Shown here piece after piece: positions 1-23,582 of a DNA stretch of 64,000 nucleotides. Numbering within the stretch: the stretch's first letter is position 1; the number at the start of each line of letters is the position of its first letter. Position numbers and translations under genes: made by a program. Under the pieces are notes generated by a model. It was not told the DNA's origin. It saw nothing but the letters and a program-made list of their open reading frames with translations, and did not search any database. This stretch comes from the human T2T-CHM13v2.0 reference genome, Homo sapiens, in assembly GCF_009914755.1 (NCBI RefSeq), contig NC_060933.1; one strand, given 5' to 3'.

Positions 1-2262
<2,262 letters not shown>

Positions 2263-2274
2263 ACCCCCTACAAT

Positions 2275-2581
2275 CTCTCTCTCTGTGTCTGTCTCTCTCT
2301 ATAATATATACAGCATATACATAATATAAATAATATACAAAATATATTATATATAATATAAATAGGGGCAAAGATGGAAGTAAGTAGACCAGTTAGAAAG
2401 CTAAAAAATTATCCAAGTGACATATAATGGAGGCTCAAACTAGGATAGTAAAAGTGGTATATTATATATATATATATATATATAATTTTATATATATATA
2501 TAATTTTAATTTATATATATTATATATTCTGTATGTTATATATTTATATATAAATTAAATTTTATGTATATATATATATAT
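2275..2581. repeat. (TA)n-rich low-complexity tracts flanking a short L2-like fragment (about 2362-2458)
   Basis: Visible TA dinucleotide runs. The intervening 'ggggcaaagatggaagtaagtagaccagttagaaagct' resembles antisense L2. Confidence 0.75.
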
Positions 2582-2644
2582 GCAGAGTTTCCTATTTCAT
2601 ATCCCAAGGGTTTCCTATTTCATTTCCTATATTTCATATCCCAA

Positions 2645-3360
2645 GTCTACTCACACTCTGCATGAAGTAGCTTCCCATTATACACAGAATAAAAGAGAAA
2701 GTTTTTACCAAGTCCAGTGAGACCCAGCACAAGTCAGTTTCCAAGTACTGCTTGAATTCATCTTTCGTTTTTCTCATCATCTGGCTCATTTTGTTCTAGC
2801 TTTCTGGCCTTTTTGAGAGTCATTGAATGCTTCAAGCATTCTCAACTCAGGAGCTTAACACTGACTGCTCCCTTTTTCTGGTGTGCTCGTTCTTGTTTTC
2901 TGTATAGATGGCATCCATACCTGCTTTAAGTCTTTGATCAAATCACCCCTTCTCAATGACACCTACCTTGAAAACTCTCTTGCAGCCAATCTCCCCAAAC
3001 CTGCTACTCCCATTGTGTTTTTTGATCCTCTTAATTCCGTATATTTTTGTTTTTCCATGACACTTACTATGTTTATCATACTATATGAAAGGAATCAATG
3101 GGAATTAGAAAAAGACAGACTTGAAATATATTTTGAAAGTAAAAATGGAATATTTAAAATTTAAATTCACTCATTCATATTCAGATATTTGTTTATTCCA
3201 AAATTAACCCATCATTATTCCATTTCTTTTCTCATTCCTTTATTATATGCCTCTATGATACCAGAACGTAAGCTTCACAGGGTTGGCTTTATTTATTTTT
3301 TTCACTAATGTATCCCTAAATCAAGACTGACACATAAATGTATTTTGAGTGAATAAAGGA
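2645..3360 (+). mobile_element. L2 LINE 3' fragments
   Basis: L2-type motifs 'gcttcccattatacacagaataaaa', 'gtaagcttcacaggg', 'ttcactaatgtatcccta' and terminal 'ttgagtgaataaa'. Confidence 0.7.
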
Positions 3361-3419
3361 TGGGTAAAGCTTTTTAAATCATCATCGGAAATAAAACCTG
3401 TGTCTCTGGGGCTCCTCGT

Positions 3420-4542
3420 TCTTCTTTTTTCTAGTTTGTATTTTAGATTCAGGTGTACATTTGTAGGTTTGCTAGATGGGTAAATTGCATGCATGAGTGT
3501 ATGGTGTACAGATTATTTTGTCAACCAGGTAATAAGCATAGTATCTGATAGGTAGATTTTCGATCTTCATCCTCTTCCACCTTCCACCCTCAAGTAGGCT
3601 CCAAAGTCTATTATTCCCTTCTTTGTGTTCATGTTTACTCAATGTTTAACTCCCATTTATAAGACAAAACATGCAGTTCTTGGTTCTTCCATTCCTGCAT
3701 TAGTTTGCTCAGGATAATAGCCTCTAGTGGCAAAGGACATGATTTCATTCTTTTTTACGGCTGCTTAGAATTCTATGGTGTGTATGTATCACATTTTCGT
3801 TATCCAGTCTACCACTGATGGGCATTTAGGTTGATTCCTTGTCTTTGATATTTTGAATGGTGCTGCAGTGAACATATGCATGCATGTGTGTACATGATAA
3901 AATAATTTATATTGCTTTGGGTATATACCCAGTAATGGGATTGCTAGGTCAAATGTTGATTTTGTTTTAAGTTCTTGGAGAAATCTCCAAACTGCTTTCC
4001 ACAGTGGCTACCTTAGTTTACATCCTCATCAGTGGTTATACGTGTTCTCTTTTTCTCTGCAACCTCACAAGAATCTGTTATTTTTTGCCTTTCTAGTAAT
4101 AGTCATGCTGACTGGTGTGAGATAGTATCTCATTATGATTTGATGTGCATATTTGTATTTCTAATGATTAGTGATAGTGAGCATTTTTAATATGCTTGTT
4201 GGCTGTGTGTATGTCTTCTTTTAAGAAGTGTCTGTGCATTCTTTTGCCCATTTTTAATAAGTTTTTTTGTAAATTTGTTTAAGTTCCTTATAGAAGCTGA
4301 ATATTAGACCTTTTTTTGATGCATAGTTTGCAAATATTTTCTCCCATTCTGTGGGTTGCCTGTATACACTGCTGATATTTTCTTTTGCTGTGCGAAAGCT
4401 CTTTAGTTTAATTAGATCCCACATATTAATTGTTGTTTTTGCTGAAACTGCTGTTGGAGTCTTTGTCATGTCGTTTTCTTCCAGGGTTTTTATAGTTTTT
4501 GGTTTTACATTTAAGTCTTTAATCCATCTTGAGTTGATTTTT
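3420..4542 (-). mobile_element. Old primate L1 (L1PA13-16-like), piece 1: 3' UTR and end of ORF2 (host of the nested stack)
   Basis: 3' end 'ttttagattcaggtgtacatttgtaggtttg'. ORF 4254-4469 (WDLIKLKSF...[10 protein letters not shown]). Continues colinearly at 9573. Confidence 0.9.
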
Positions 4543-9572
<5,030 letters not shown>

Positions 9573-9575
<3 letters not shown>

Positions 9576-10394
9576 TTGATTTTTGTATATGGTAAAAGGA
9601 AGGGGCCCAACTTCAATTCTCTGTATATGGATAGCCAGTTATTCCTATATCATTTATTAAATAGAGAGTTCTTTTCCCATTGTTTCTTATTGTCAATTTT
9701 GTTGAAGATCAGATGGTTGTAGGTGTGCAGCATTGTTTCTGCACTCTCTATTCTGTACTATTAGTCTAGATGTCTGTTTTTTATGCCAGTACAATGCTGT
9801 TTTGGTTACTGTACCCTATAGTTTGAAGCTGAATAGTGTGCTGCCTCCAGCTTTGTGCATTTTGCTTATAATTGCTTTGGCTGTTTGGGATCTTTTTTGG
9901 TTCCATATGAATTTTGGAATACATTTTTTTTTCTAATTCTGTGAAAAAGGTTGTTGGTAGTTTGATAGGAATAGCATTGAATCTGTAAATTGACTTGGAC
10001 AGAATGGGCATCTTAACAATATTGATTTTTCCTATCCAAGGGCATGGAATGTTTTTCCATTTGTTTGTGTCATCTCTGATTTCCTTCAGCAGTGTTTTGT
10101 AATTCTCACTGTAGAGCTCCTTCACTTCTCTGGTTAGCTATCTTCTTAAGTATTCAATTCTTTTTCTGACTATTATGAATGGGAGTGTGTTGTTGATTTG
10201 GCTCTAATCTTGGATGCTACTAGTGTATAGAAATGGTACTGATTTTTGTACATTAATTTTGTATCCAGAAACTTGATATTGTTTCTTGATCCAGAAACTT
10301 CTGTTGTCTCCAGAAACATGAAGATGTTTATCAGATCTAGGAGCCTTTGTGCAGAGACTGCAGGTTTTTCTAGGTATAAAATCATATTGCTTGC
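9573..10394 (-). mobile_element. Old primate L1, piece 2 (ORF2 RT region)
   Basis: Resumes exactly after the TSD. ORF 9781-10125 ([22 protein letters not shown]). Confidence 0.9.
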
Positions 10395-10736
10395 TAATAT
10401 TGTTTGGCTGAGTCCCCACCCAAATCTCATCTTGAATTCCTCCATATTGTGGGAGGGACCTGATGGGAGATAATTGAATGATGGGGGCAGGTCTTTCCTG
10501 TGCTTTTCTCATGATAGTGAATAAGTCTCACCAGATCTGATGGTTTTTAAGGTGGAGATTCCCTGCACAATCTCTCTCTCTTGTCTGCCACCATGTGAGA
10601 TCTGCCATTCACCTTCTGCCATGATTGTGAGGCCTCCCCAGCCACGTGGAACTGTAAGTCCGTTAAACCTCCTTATTTTGTAAATTTCCCAGTCTTGGGT
10701 ATGTCTTTATCAGCAGCATGAAAACAGGTTAATACA
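10395..10736 (+). mobile_element. THE1 (ERVL-MaLR, probably THE1B) 5' LTR
   Basis: Start 'taatattgtttggctgagtccccacccaaatctcatcttgaatt', end 'cagcagcatgaaaacaggttaataca'. Confidence 0.93.
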
Positions 10737-12320
10737 GTAAGTTGGTACTGGGAAGGGGTTAGTGCTGAAAAGATACCCTAAAATTTGGAAGAGACTTTGG
10801 AACTGGGTAACGGGCAGAAATTGGAACAGTTTGGAGTACTTAGAAGAAGACAGAAAAATGTGGGAAAGTTTGGAACTCCCTACAGACTTGTTGAATAGCT
10901 TTGACCAAAATGCTGACAATGATATGGACAATGAAATTCAGGCTGAGGTGGTCTGAGATGGAGTTGAGGAACTTGTTAGAAACTGGAGCAAAGGTGACTC
11001 TTGTTATGTTTTAGCAAAGAGACTGGCAGCATTTTGCCCCTGCCCTGGAGAATTGCGGAACTTTGAACTTGAGAGAGATGAGTTAGGGTGCCTGTCAGAA
11101 GAAACTTCTAAGCAGCAAAGCATTCAAGAGTTAACTTGGGTGTTATTAAAGACATTCAGTTTTCTAAGGAAATGCAGCATAAAAATTCAGAAAATTTGCA
11201 GCCTGACAATGCAATAGAAAAAAAAATCCCATTTTCTGAGGAGGAATTCAAGCCAGCTGCAGAAACTTGCATAAGTAAGGAGGAGCTGAGTGTTACTCCC
11301 CAAGACAATGGGGAAAATGTCTCTAGGGCATGTCAGAGGTCTTCATGACAGCCCCTCCCATCACAGGCCTGCAGGCCTAGGAGGAAAAAGTGGTTTTGTG
11401 GTTTTGTAGGCTGGGTCTTGAGTCCCTGTGCTGTGTGCAGCCTAGGGACTATGTGCCCTGTGTCCCAGCTGCTGCAGCTGTGGCTGAAAGGGGCCAATAT
11501 GGAGCTCAGGCCATGGCTTCAGAGGGTCCAAACCCTAAGCCTTGGCAGCTTCCACATGATGTTGAGCCTGTGAGTGCACAGAAGTCAAAAACTGGGGTTT
11601 GGAAACCTCCGTCTAGATTTCAGAAGATGTATAGAAATGCCTGGATACCCAGGTAGAAGCTTGCTATAGCAGTGGAGTCCTCCTGGAGAACCTCTGCTAG
11701 GGCAGTGCAGAAGGGAAATGTGGGGTGGGAGCCCCCACACAGAGTCCCTACTGGGGCACCACCTAGTGGACCTGTGAGAAGAAGGCCACCATCCTCTAGA
11801 CCCCAGAATGATAGATCCACCAACAACTTGCACCATGCACCAGGAAAAGCCACAGACACTCAATCCCAGCCCATGAAAACACCTGGGAGGGAGGCTGTAC
11901 CTTGCAAAACCACAGGGGCTGAGCTGCCCAAGACCATGGGAACCTACCTCTTGTATCAGTGTGACCTGGATGTGAGACATGGAGTCAAAGGGGATCATTG
12001 TGGAGCTTTACGATTTAACTGCCTGCTGGATTTTGGACTTGCATGGAGCCTGTAGCCCCTTTGTTTTGGCCAATTTCTCCCATTTGGAATGGCTGTATTT
12101 ACCCAGTGCCTGTGCCCCTATAGTATCTGGGAAGTAACTAACTTGCTTTTGATTTTACAGGCTCATAGGCAGAAGGGACTTGCCTTGTCTCAGATGCGAT
12201 GTTGGACTGTGGACTTTTGAGTTAATGCTGAAATGAGTTAAGACATTGGGGGATTGTTGGGAAGGCATGATTGGTTTTGAAATGTAAGGACATGAGATTT
12301 GGGAGGGGCCAAGTGTGGAA
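10737..12320 (+). mobile_element. THE1 internal region
   Basis: Typical THE1-int sequence ('ttggaactgggtaacgggcaga', 'tggagcaaaggtgactcttgttatgttttagcaaagagactgg'), about 1.6 kb, ending in a purine-rich tract before the LTR. Confidence 0.93.
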
Positions 12321-12480
12321 TATTATGGTTTGGCTGTGTTCCCATCCAAACCTCATCTTGAATTCCCATGTGTTGTGGGAGGAATTCAATGGGAGGTAAT
12401 TGAATCATGGGGACAGGTCTTTCTTGTGCTATTCTCAAGATGGTGAATAAGTCTCACAAGATCTGATGGTTTTTATGGGG
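12321..12480 (+). mobile_element. THE1 3' LTR, truncated after about 160 bp
   Basis: Aligns with the first half of the 5' LTR, then switches abruptly to L1 sequence. Confidence 0.9.
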
Positions 12481-15400
12481 AAAGAAGAAGAGCTAACTAT
12501 CCTAAATATATATGCACCCAATGCAGGAGCACCCAGATTCATATAACAAGTTCTTAGTGACATACAAAGAGACTTAGACTCCCACACAATAATAGTGAGA
12601 GACTTTAACAACCCACCATCAATATTAGACAGATCATCAGGACAGAAAATTAACAAAGATATTCAGGAATTGAATTCAGCTCTGGATCAAGTGGACCTGG
12701 TTGTTATCTACAGAACTCTCAACACCAAACAGCAGAATATACATTCTTCTTGGTGCCATATGGCACTTAATCTAAAATTTATTACATAATTGGAAGCAAA
12801 TCACTCCTCAGTAAATTCAAAATAACTGAAATAATAACAAACAGTCTTTCAGACCACAACACAATCAAATTAAAACATGTGGTTAAGAAAATCACTCAAA
12901 AACCACACAACTACATGGAAATTGAACAACCTGCTCCTCAGTGACTCCTGGATAAATAATGAAATTGAGGCAGAAATCAAGGAGTTATTTGAAACCAATG
13001 GGAACAAAGACACAATGTTCCAGAATCACAGGGATGCAGCCAAAGCAGTGTTAAGAGGCAAATTTATAATACTAAATGCCCCCATCAAAAAGCTAGAAAG
13101 ATCTCAAATTGACACTTTAATATAAGAAATAAAATATCTAGAGAACCAAGAGCAAACAAACTGCAAAGCAAAGCTAGCAGAAGACAAGAAATAACCAATT
13201 TCAGAGTGGAACTGAAGGAGATAGAGACACAAAAAAAACCTTCAAAAAATTATTGAATCCAGGTGCTGGTTTTTTGAAAAAGAAAATAAAATAGACCACT
13301 ATCTAGACTAATAAAGAAGAAAAAAAGAATAAAAGAGACAATAAAAAATGATAAAGGGGATATCACCACTGACCCCACAAAAATACAAACAACCATCAGA
13401 GAATACTATAAATAGCTCTATGCAAATAAACTAGAAAATCAAGAAGAAATGGATAATTTCCTAGACACATACGCCCTTCCCAAGACTGAACCAGAAATAA
13501 TTTGAATCCCCGAATAGACCAATAACAAGTTTGAAATTTGAGGCAGTAATAGTCTACCAACCAAAAAAAAAGCCCAGGACCAGATGGATTTACAGCTGAT
13601 TACTCCCAGAAGTACAAAGAGCAGCTGATACACTTTCTTCTGAAACTCCTTCAAATTATTGAAGAGGAGGGACTCCTCTTTAACTCATTCTATGAGCCTA
13701 GCATCATCCTAATACCAAAACCCTGGTAGAGATACAACAAAAAAGGGAAACTTCAGGCCAATAACCCTGATGAACATCAGTGCAAAATTCTGAATAAAAT
13801 ATGGGCAAACCAAATCCAGCAGCACATCAAAAAGCTCATCCATAATGAAAAAGTTGGCTTCAACCCCCAGATGCAAGGCTGGTTCAACATATGCAAATCA
13901 ATAAATGTAATTCATCACATAAACAGATCTAAAAACAAAAACTACATAATTATCTCAATAGATGCAGAAAAGTACTTAGATAAAATTCAACATCCCTTTA
14001 TGTTAAAAACTCTTAATAAACTGGCTACTGAAGGAACATACCTCAAAATAATAAGAGCCATTTCTGACAAACCCGTAGCCAATATCATACTGAATGGGCA
14101 AAACCTGGAAGCATTCCCCCTTGAAAACTGGCACAAGACAAGGATGCTGTCTCTTACCACTCCTATTCAATGTAGTATTGGAATTGCTGGCCAGGGCAAC
14201 CAGGCAAGAGAAGGAAATAAAGCGCATTCAAATAGGAAGAGAGGAAGTCAAATTGTTTGCAGATGATCTGATTCTATATCTAGAAAACCCCATCACCTCA
14301 GCCTAAAAGCTTCTTAAGCTGATAAACAACTTCAGTAAAATCTCAGGATACAAACTTAATGTGCAAATGTCACAGCATTTCTATACACCAACAACAAGCA
14401 AACAGAGATCCAAGTCATGAGAGAACTCCCACTTGCAATGCTACAAAGAGAATGAAATACCTAGGAATATAGCTAACAAGGGAAGTGAAGGACTTCTTCA
14501 GGGAAAACTACAAACCAATGCTCAAGGAAGTCAGAGATGATACAAGCAGATGGAAAACATTCCATGCTCATGGATAGGAAGGATCAATACAGTGAAAATG
14601 GCCATATTGCTCAAAGTAATGTATAGATTCAATGCCATTCCCATTGACATTCTTCACAGAATTAGAAGAAACTATTTAAAAATTCATATGGAACTAAAAT
14701 AGAGCTCATATAGCCAAGACAATCCTAAGCAGAAAGAACAAAGCTGGAGGCATCAAACTAGACTACAAGGCTACAGTAAAAACAAACAAACAAACAAACA
14801 AACAAAAAAAAGTATGGTACTTCTACAAAAACACACACACAGACCAATGAAACAGAATAGAGAACTCAGAATTACGACCACACATCTACAACTATCTGAT
14901 CTTTGACAGACCTGACAAAAACAAGCAATGGGGAAAGGATTCTCTATTTAATAAATGGTGCTGGGATAACTGGCTAGCCATATGCAGAAGGTTGAAACAG
15001 GACCCCTTCCTTACACCTTATGCAAAAATTAACTCAAGATGGATTAAAGACTTAGATGTAAAACATGAAACTATAAAAACTCTAGAAGAAAATCTAGGCA
15101 ATATCTTTTAGGACCTAGGCATAGGCAAATATTTCATGATGAAATCACCAAAAGCAATTGCAACAAAAGCAAAAATCGACAAATGGGACCTAATTAAACT
15201 AAAGAGCTTCTGTACAACAAAAGAAACTATAGTCAGAGCAAACAGGCAATCTACAGAGTGGGAGAAAATCTTTGCAATCTATCTATCTGACAAAGGTCTA
15301 ATATCCAGAATCTACAAGAAACTTATTAAACAAATTTACAAGAAAAAAAAACAAACCACCCCATTAAAAAAGGGGCAAAGGACATGAACAGACACTTCTC

Positions 15401-16530
15401 AAAAGAAGACATTCATGCAGCCAACAAACTTATGAAAAAAGGCTGAGGCTGGGTGCAGTGATTCATGCCTGTAATCCCAGCACTTTGGGAGGCTGAGGCG
15501 TGTGAATCACGAGGTCAGGAGTTGGAGACCAGCCTGGCCAACAAGGTGAAACCCCATATCTATGAAAAAATACAAAAATTAGACAGGTGTGGTGGCACAC
15601 GCATATAGTCCCAGCTACGCAGGAGGCTGAGGCAAGAGAATTGCTTCAACCCGGGAGGCAGATGTTGCAGTGAGCCAAGATTGCGCTATTGCAGTCCAAC
15701 CTGGGTGACAGAGCAAGACTCCATCCGTCTTAACAAAAAAAAAAAAAAAAAAAGAGAAAAACAGAAACATCACTGATTATTAGAGAAATGCAAATCAAAA
15801 CCAAAATGAGACACCATCTCATACCAGTCAGAATGGCGATTAAAAAGTCAAAAAACAACAGATCCTGGTAAGGTTGCACAGAAATAGGATTGCTTTTACA
15901 CTGTTGGTGGGAATATAAATCATTTCAACCATTGTGGAATATACTGTGGCAATTGCTCAAAGATCTAGAACCAGAATACCATTTGACCCAACAATCCCAT
16001 AACTGGGTATATACCCAAAGGTATATAAATCATTCTATTACAAAGATAAAGACACATGTATGTTCATTGCAGCACTCTTCACAATAGCAAAGACATGGAA
16101 TTAAACATAAATGTCCATCAATGATAAACTGGATAAAGAAAATGTAGCACATTTTCATCATGGAATACTATGTAGTCATAAAAAGGAATTAGATCATGTC
16201 CTTTGCAGAGACATGGATGGAGCTGGAAGCCATTATCCTCAGCAAACTAACACAGGAACAGAAACCAAGCACCACATGTTCTCATTTATAAGTGGGAGCT
16301 GATCAATGAGAACACATGGACACAAGGAGGGGAACAACACACACTGGAGCCTGTTGGGGGATGGTGTTGGGGAAGGGAGGACATTAGGAAAAATAACTAA
16401 TGCATGCTGGGCTTAATACCTAGGTGATGGGTTGATAGCTGCAGCAAACCACCATGACACATATTTACCTACATAACATACCTGTACATTCTGCACATGT
16501 ACCCTGGAACTTAAAATAAAAATAAATGAT
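12481..16530 (+). mobile_element. 5'-truncated L1PA (about L1PA8-12), decayed ORF2, 3' UTR and short A tail
   Basis: Starts within EN ('aagaagagctaactatcctaaatatatatgcacccaat'). Many ORF2 fragments. 3' end 'gcatgctgggcttaatacctaggtgatggg...gaacttaaaataaaa'. Contains (AAAC)n at 14778-14810. Confidence 0.93.
15447..15760 (+). mobile_element. AluS inserted in the L1PA
   Basis: Dimeric Alu with A-rich linker and poly(A). TSD not clear. Confidence 0.93.
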
Positions 16531-20425
<3,895 letters not shown>

Positions 20426-20619
20426 AGATAAAGGCTTTGATGGGTGAAAAATGTATTTGTTTCCCCTAAATCTAAAGATTAAAGAGCAGTGCTGAATAGG
20501 CAAGAAAGCAAAGCTGGTTTAGAGTGCAAAGAGAAAACTAGGAGGATAGGTTTCATATAGGAAACAAATGACAAGTGAACCTGGAAAAGATGAGCTAGAC
20601 TTCCTGTGTTGGGTCTTAC

Positions 20620-20810
20620 ATATTATGGTTCAGAATACCAGCTCTGGTTTAAATTAGTGGAGTTTGAATGCCTTTTCTGCCACTTTTTAGCTATGTAATT
20701 TGACCAGATATTACACTCTATTTCTTGTTTGAAACATTAAACAAGTTAATAAATCTAGTGTGACTTAAATTGTGCCAAGTAAGTTATATGTTTTAGCCAT
20801 TATTATTATC
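20620..20810 (+). mobile_element. MIR
   Basis: 'ggagtttgaatgccttttctgccactttttagctatgtaatttg' core. Confidence 0.65.
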
Positions 20811-20879
20811 TAGGTCACCAAATATTCAAAAGCCATAATTTCTTTTGAAGTTGGGAATAAAGTAATCCATATACTCATT

Positions 20880-21770
20880 TATAAATATTTATTTGTCAGA
20901 GTTTTGCAGGATGGATAGAAGCCAGGACAGTGTGGAAGCAGAGATGCCAATTTGAAAGGGTTTGTAGTGACTGAAGTTAGAGCTAATGTGGATAAATTTT
21001 GACAGTGCCAGTGGGACTGGTACCAGGCATTGGATGTTGGTACAGGGCTAGGCAGATCTTGGATCTGGAGGGTGACAACAAATATGCAGGCAAAGATGTT
21101 GGAGGTTTTGTGCCTGGGTTACAGAGAGAATGTGTTTTTAACAGAAATAGATTAATCAGAGAGATGGTCTCTCTGGAATGATGCTGGATTCATTTTGGAA
21201 CAAGCTTATGTCTGAATATGAATCAGTATATTTTATTTTAAAATATTCCCTTTCTCTCTTCAAATATGTATCTCATTTCTTGCATTTCCCTCTTTTTACT
21301 AACTCCACCTGATTTTAAGCACCTTGTTTCACATTCAATTTCTGTAGTAGCCTCCTAAATGTCCTTACCTTTTTAAAAGATAATTGTCTTACTCTTTTGT
21401 TTCTACCTGTCTCTAATCAATTCTCTTCACACTAGAGTGAGGTACTTCTAAAATGTTGATCACATCATGCCACTCTATTGTTTATCCCTCTTTCCCTGCT
21501 TCTTCTTTAACTTGGAATAAAATCTAAACTTTTACTATGGCCTCTAACTACATGGTCTAGCCCAGTGCATCTCTGCCAGGTATACTGCCACTAACCTTAG
21601 AATCTGCCACTGATACATACTGTGCTCAAACAGCTCCATCCATATTGCTTCCAGGAAAAGGAAGGGCTTTTTCTCAACTTTCAGGTCACAGAGCAAATTT
21701 AATTTCCTCTGAGAGACCTTTTCTGACTACACTATGTCAAGTAGACTCTGAACTCCAGCTTCTATCATTA
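20880..21770. mobile_element. L2 fragments in opposite orientations (about 20880-21230 minus, about 21260-21770 plus)
   Basis: 'gatcacatcatgccactcta', 'ggaataaaatctaaacttttactatggcct', 'tcctctgagagaccttttctgactac'. Confidence 0.65.
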
Positions 21771-23503
21771 TTCCCTAGGTAGCCAAGAGGAAATGGGAAA
21801 AAGAATAAAAATGTAAGGATTTTTATTTTACCAGAGAAATGTCATTTATTCCGTAGTTACAAAATGAAAGGAAAATAAGAGCACAGATCTAAAGACACAA
21901 AAAGATTTGGTGGTGAGAAGATTCCCTTTTAACTGTCTCAGGGCAGTTGGCATGGTTTCATTGTCCCACCCAAATCCTAAAAGAGGGCTGCTTACATTTT
22001 TGGGAAAAGTGTTCAGGGACAAAATTCTGGATTTGAAACTGCCAAAAACCCTAGATTTAACCTTTTTTTTCTTCACCTTGTTCCTGGAAAATAGACTAGG
22101 TACGGATAAAACTGTCCTGTTAAAAGTCAGTAGGCAACAGGGATTCAGTATGTAGAGGTAATACTAATTTAAAAAATGAAAAAAGGATAAAAGGATAAAT
22201 GCTTATTAAAAATTCCATATTTCACTCAAGAAACAAAAGTACTTCATGTAAAGAGTTTTCCTTAAAAAATTAAGACATGGACTCATTTTGTTTCATTTTT
22301 ATGATTGTTGCTATTGGTCTTTAAAATTTACATACAGGAAACAGCTTTTTTTGGTATACATTTCTGAGTTTAATACATGTATTGATTCATGTACCCGTCA
22401 CTACAATTAGTCTGTAGAAGAGTTCCAGCAGATTCTTTGTAGTCAAACCTACTGTTACCCTTAACCCTTGGAAACTGTGGATCTGTTCTTCATTCCTATA
22501 GTTTTGCCCCATCTAAAACATTATATACTTGGAATCATAAATTATATAACCTTTTGAGACTGTGTTAATTCAGCATAATGCCTTTAAGATTTGTCCATAG
22601 TGTTGCATTTATTAATAGTTCATTCTTTTTATTGCTGAATATTATTCCATTATATAGATGTACCTTAGTTTGTTTATTCGCTCACCTTTTGAAGAACATT
22701 TAGGTTGTTTTTAGTTTTTGATATTAATACTTAGGAGTACTGCTGCCAAGATCATTTATGAACACGTTTTTGTGTGAATATAAGTTTTGTTTTGTTTTTC
22801 TCTGTTAGAAATGTGATTCCTGTGTCATTGGGTAAGTGACTTTATAAGAAAAAGACAAACTTTATAAGAAAAAGACAAACTCTTTTGTGGTAGAGTTTTA
22901 TCGTTTTGCATTCTTTTTAGCAATCTATAATATTTCCCATTGCTCCATATCTTTTCCAGCATTTGGTATTGTCAGCTCTTCTTTTTTAATGGATAGTGAT
23001 GTTGAGCACATATTCATGTGCTTATTTGTTAACCATATAGTTTCTTTGATGAAGTGATTGTTCAAATCTTTCTCCTCATTTTAAAAAAGCATTTTTTTTT
23101 TCAATTGAGCTTTGGGAATTCATTATATATTCTAGAGATGTCATTTTCATTCTCTTGTCAGTGTCTTTTGCAATGCAAAAATTTTGGAGTTGATGTGATC
23201 AGTTTACATTTCATCAGAAGACATTTAGTCTTTTGTTTTCCTCTATATGTTTTATAGCTTTACATTTCATAAATAACTCTATGATCCATTTCCAGTTAAT
23301 CTTTATATAAGATGTGAGGTTTAGATGAAAGATTATTGCGGCTTGTTTTCTTCTTTTTTTTTTGGTACAAGAATGCTCACTTTCCCCAACATTTGTTGAA
23401 AATACAACCAATATCCCATTTAATTGCTTTTGCCCATTTGTCAGAAATCAATTTGACTTATTTGTTGGGGCCTGTTAATAGACTCTTTATTCTACTTATT
23501 GTA

Positions 23504-23582
23504 TTAGGTTGGTGCAAAAGTAATCACAATTTTTGCCATTACTTTCAATGACAAAACCACAGTTACTTTTGCAACAACCTAA
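23504..23582. mobile_element. MADE1 MITE (Hsmar1 mariner derivative) with TA target duplication
   Basis: ta-ttaggttggtgcaaaagtaat...ttacttttgcaacaacctaa-ta: 79 bp consisting of two terminal inverted repeats. Confidence 0.95.

Noticed and set aside
10263-10320. Short direct repeats with spacers (also 57996-58127) as a CRISPR-like array
   Set aside because: Only 2-3 imperfect copies, a primate context and no cas genes; local duplication explains them.
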